Shown: positions 8,491 to 11,824 of the stretch, piece by piece | Numbering within the stretch: position 1 is the stretch's first letter | Layout of the letters: every line of letters starts with the position of its first letter | Origin: Octopus sinensis | Taxonomy: Eukaryota | DNA length: 11,824 nucleotides | Assembly (NCBI RefSeq): GCF_006345805.1 | Contig: NW_021826938.1 | Coordinates: 1 to 11,824 of the forward strand | Direction of reading: 5' to 3' | Translations under genes and position numbers: made by a program | The notes under the pieces: model-generated | Databases searched by the model: none | Told to the model about the DNA's origin: nothing | The model's input: the letters and a program-made list of their open reading frames with translations, nothing else

Positions 8491-8590
8491 CTTCGAAAAA
8501 TACCTTAGGAATGAGAACCCAGGTTTGAAATTTCCCCAAGACACTTGATGAAGGCTGGAGGGTATATCAGCTGAAACGTTGTGTTAACAA
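8322..8590 (+). mobile_element. Family C SINE, copy C2, with a tandemly duplicated tRNA-like head
   Basis: Partial head 8322-8375, then full head 8375-8449 (74-nt period) with A box tggcatagtag and B box gttcaattcc. Head resembles tRNA-Arg(ACG): GGGC..TGGC...AAGATTCC..GTTC.A.TCC.GGC. (AAT)12 at 8453-8488. Tail is cut off at 8590 where the family B SINE starts. Confidence 0.85.
8540..8585 (+). ncRNA. Variant hammerhead motif (C3U core change; closing stem II G-C pair changed to G-U)
   Basis: GACAC UUGAUGA A GGCUG gaggguauau CAGCU GAAAC GUU GUGUU; differs from the 8057-8102 copy by two C-to-T changes. Confidence 0.6.
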
Positions 8591-8591
8591 T

Positions 8592-9156
<565 letters not shown>

Positions 9157-9269
9157 CCACCATCATCATTGTCATCATCCAAGCTGGTATGTATTGGTAA
9201 GTTTGGCAAGAGCTGGCAAACTGCAGGGCTGTACCAGGCTCCAATCTTCTGTTTGCTATGGTTTCTATA

Positions 9270-9326
9270 CAGGGCCAGATTAAGACCCATCGAGACCCTT
9301 AAGCACTTAAAAGATTTTGGTGCCCC
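9270..9326 (+). mobile_element. Possible single terminus of a hAT-type MITE
   Basis: Begins CAGGGCCAGATTAAG, similar to the CAGGGCCGGATT termini I recall for hAT-family MITEs. No partner TIR or TSD was found in the window. Confidence 0.35.
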
Positions 9327-9457
9327 ATAAAAAATTAAACAATAACAAACCATAAAATAAATTTTGATTTTTCAAAACAAAACAAAACATTAAGAGGGAA
9401 AATAATGTTTATTTTTGTATCTTCCACTTTATTTAGATTTAAAAAGTTTCCACCTCC

Positions 9458-10127
9458 TCCTCTGTGGATCACATCCCTACTCCACAACATAGTCACCATT
9501 TCTCTCAACAGGAATTTTCCACCTTCGAATGAGAGCATGTATCCCTGCCCTGTAAAATTCTGTTGACTGTTCTTTGAGCCACTTCTTCACTACAGTTTTC
9601 ACTTCTTCATCACTGGAATAATCTTCGGTGCCATGAAAGAGGGTTTGAGAGGCAAACATTATTCCAGTGACAAGGGGTGAAAACTGTAGTGAAGAAGTGG
9701 CTCAAAGAACAGTCAACAGAATTTTACGGGGCAGGGATACATGCTCTAACTCGAAGGTGGAACATTACTATTGAGAGAAATGGTGACTATGTTGAGAAGT
9801 AGGGATGCGATCCACAGAGGACCAGCTTCATTTTGATGTATGATACATGTTCCTGTGTTGGTAATTATACCTATTTCTTTACTACCTACAAGCGGCTAAA
9901 CACAGAGAGGACAAACAAGGACAGACAAACGGATTAAGTCGATTATATCGACCCCAGTGCGTGACTGGTACTTAATTTATCGACCCCGAAAGGATGAAAG
10001 GCAAAGTGGACCTCGGCGGAATTTGAACTCAGAACTAAGCATTTCGCCCAGTGTGCCAGCTCGCCGCCTTGTTGGTAATTATACCAGTCCTAAACAAAAT
10101 GGCATTACTTTTTGACTCACCCTCGTA
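9458..10127 (+). mobile_element. Mariner (Tc1/mariner) 3' remnant with foldback duplication, right TIR and nested SINE
   Basis: From 9624 it reads FGAMKEGLRGKHYSSD/VKTVVKKWLKEQSTEFYGAGIHALTRRWNITIERNGDYVEK* (stop 9800-9802), a typical mariner transposase C-terminus. TIR-like ggcattactttttgactcaccctcg (10101-10125) is followed by TA (10126-10127). Confidence 0.8.
9872..10069 (-). mobile_element. Family A SINE, copy A5, with a perfect 16-bp TSD and two head deletions
   Basis: Homologous to A1. Flanked by tgttggtaattatacc at 9856-9871 and 10070-10085. Confidence 0.92.
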
Positions 10128-10200
10128 CATTAAATGTCACATACCGTGACACTACACATAATCATAGTAGTCCTTTGACCTTTAACCTCCAACCTCAAAC

Positions 10201-10417
10201 CTTCTTCGAGTGTGGCTTGTCGTACAAACATGATAGATGTTGTAAACATCTGCTGTTATCTCCCATACCATTGCCAATGCCATTCCATGCCAGGTTATAG
10301 CATGGAACAACATGCTTCGTATTGTCTGACCCAACTCTGCTGCATGTTGTGCCAGACATCTGTCAGTCTTGTAGCCACGACAATAATAACATTAACAACA
10401 TCGAGAAGAACAAATTA
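10201..10417 (-). other. Candidate host exon (5' UTR plus 53 codons)
   Basis: Pyrimidine tract with tttgcag acceptor (AG at 10419-10418). ATG at 10359 opens exactly 53 codons to AAG|gtttga at 10201|10200. The sequence is unique and compositionally balanced. No homolog recognised. Confidence 0.25.
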
Positions 10418-10474
10418 CTGCAAACGAAAAATAAAGACGACAGAACTTTGCTGATTAATTTCAAAAATATAACT

Positions 10475-10496
10475 ATGTATATATATATATATATAT

Positions 10497-10529
<33 letters not shown>

Positions 10530-10558
10530 CACATACAAATATATATATATATACACAT

Positions 10559-10589
<31 letters not shown>

Positions 10590-10668
10590 ATCTATATATT
10601 ATATACACATACAATATATATATATATATGTACACATACAAAAATATATATATATGAATATATGTGAG

Positions 10669-10712
<44 letters not shown>

Positions 10713-10822
10713 ATGCATTTATATATATATCCACATGTATATATAAGTGCAGTGATCATGAATGATTATATATATATATGTGTGTGCGTGTGTGTGTAAT
10801 GATCATCAACAATATATATATA
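10475..10822. repeat. Compound (TA)n/(TACA)n/(TG)n microsatellite
   Basis: Directly visible; source of the YIYI-type ORFs. Confidence 0.95.
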
Positions 10823-11146
10823 CATGCTATTTCTTTTACATTATCTTTTCAATTAATTAACATTTTTTTATCAGACATTTTCAGATTTTTTCTACACATG
10901 TCTCCTACAAAATTTTAATTCTATTTTTGTTCTTTTTATTGAAATGGTTTTTTTTTATTTAGTTTTATTTTATTCAAGTATATTTTTATTTGTAATTATT
11001 CTTTTTTTAATTTTCCCCTCCCACTCTTTTTTTTTTTGTCTTTTTGAAGATAAAATTGGTTTTGACCTGAAAAAAATCTGTAAAATGAAGAATTTTTGTC
11101 TTGTAATTCTGTTTCATTCCTCTTAAAGAACAAAATTATCAGAAGC

Positions 11147-11193
11147 ATTATTATTATTATTATTATTATTGCTATTATTATTATTATTATTGC

Positions 11194-11233
<40 letters not shown>

Positions 11234-11258
11234 TTGCTATTATTATTATTATTATTGC

Positions 11259-11300
<42 letters not shown>

Positions 11301-11402
11301 TATTACTATTATTATTATTATTATTATTATTATTGCTATTATTATTATTATTATTGCTATTATTATTATTATTATTATTGCTATTATTATTATTATTATT
11401 GC

Positions 11403-11451
<49 letters not shown>

Positions 11452-11651
11452 GCTATTATTATTATTATTGCTATTATTATTATTATTATTATTATTATTG
11501 CTATTATTATTATTATTATTGCTATTACTATTATTATTACTATTATTATTATTATATTATTATTATTATTATTACTATTATTATTATTATTATTATTACT
11601 ATTATTACTATTATTACTATTATTACTATTATTATTATTATTATTTTTATC

Positions 11652-11722
<71 letters not shown>

Positions 11723-11723
11723 T
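11147..11723. repeat. Long (ATT)n microsatellite with GCT and ACT interruptions
   Basis: About 577 bp of att triplets; source of the poly-L/Y/I/N ORFs. A short further run lies at ~11795-11820. Confidence 0.97.
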
Positions 11724-11824
11724 AATCAGTTTTAAGAGAGCCAAAGACATCTTGGAAATCTATGGGAAAAATTTATTCTTCTTTTATAACTGTCATCATT
11801 ATTACTATTATTATTATTATTTTC

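Noticed and set aside
9157-9269. Degraded 3' end of another retroposon with a (CAT)n tail
   Set aside because: This rests only on recalled similarity to an octopus repeat; no second copy or diagnostic motif occurs in the window.
10288-10314. LRR-like NLAWNGIG motif in the candidate exon peptide
   Set aside because: It is a single partial match without the LxxLxL lead-in or any repeat, so it cannot support a family call.
10823-11146. T-rich region with ORF 10944..11126
   Set aside because: Low-complexity poly-T/A DNA; the F/L-rich peptide reflects base composition.

Overview
An AT-rich eukaryotic window made almost entirely of repeats. Its SINE families resemble those I recall from Octopus (coleoid cephalopod) genomes; that assignment is an inference. 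No complete host gene is visible. The largest feature is an apparently full-length (~4 kb) R4/Dong-clade RLE non-LTR retrotransposon on the minus strand (~3311-7280). Its single ORF (Myb-like, RT with YMDD, CCHC, PD-(D/E)xK nuclease) is broken by about 14 small indels and one stop. It sits inside a TAA/ATT microsatellite that appears to be the tail of a truncated CR1-group LINE. Around it lie three tRNA-headed SINE families, a 124-bp tandem array of retroposon-tail-like units, a mariner 3' remnant folded into a 165-bp-arm palindrome with a SINE nested in it (16-bp TSD), and long microsatellites. The most interesting signal is a tRNA-Arg-like SINE whose tail holds a minimal type I hammerhead ribozyme of Penelope-like/retrozyme style. 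The core is intact at 8057-8102 (-), with a variant copy at 8540-8585 (+), and the two SINE copies form a head-to-head inverted pair. One unique ~220-nt stretch (10201-10417, -) could be a host exon. Most listed ORFs are microsatellite translations or antisense shadows.
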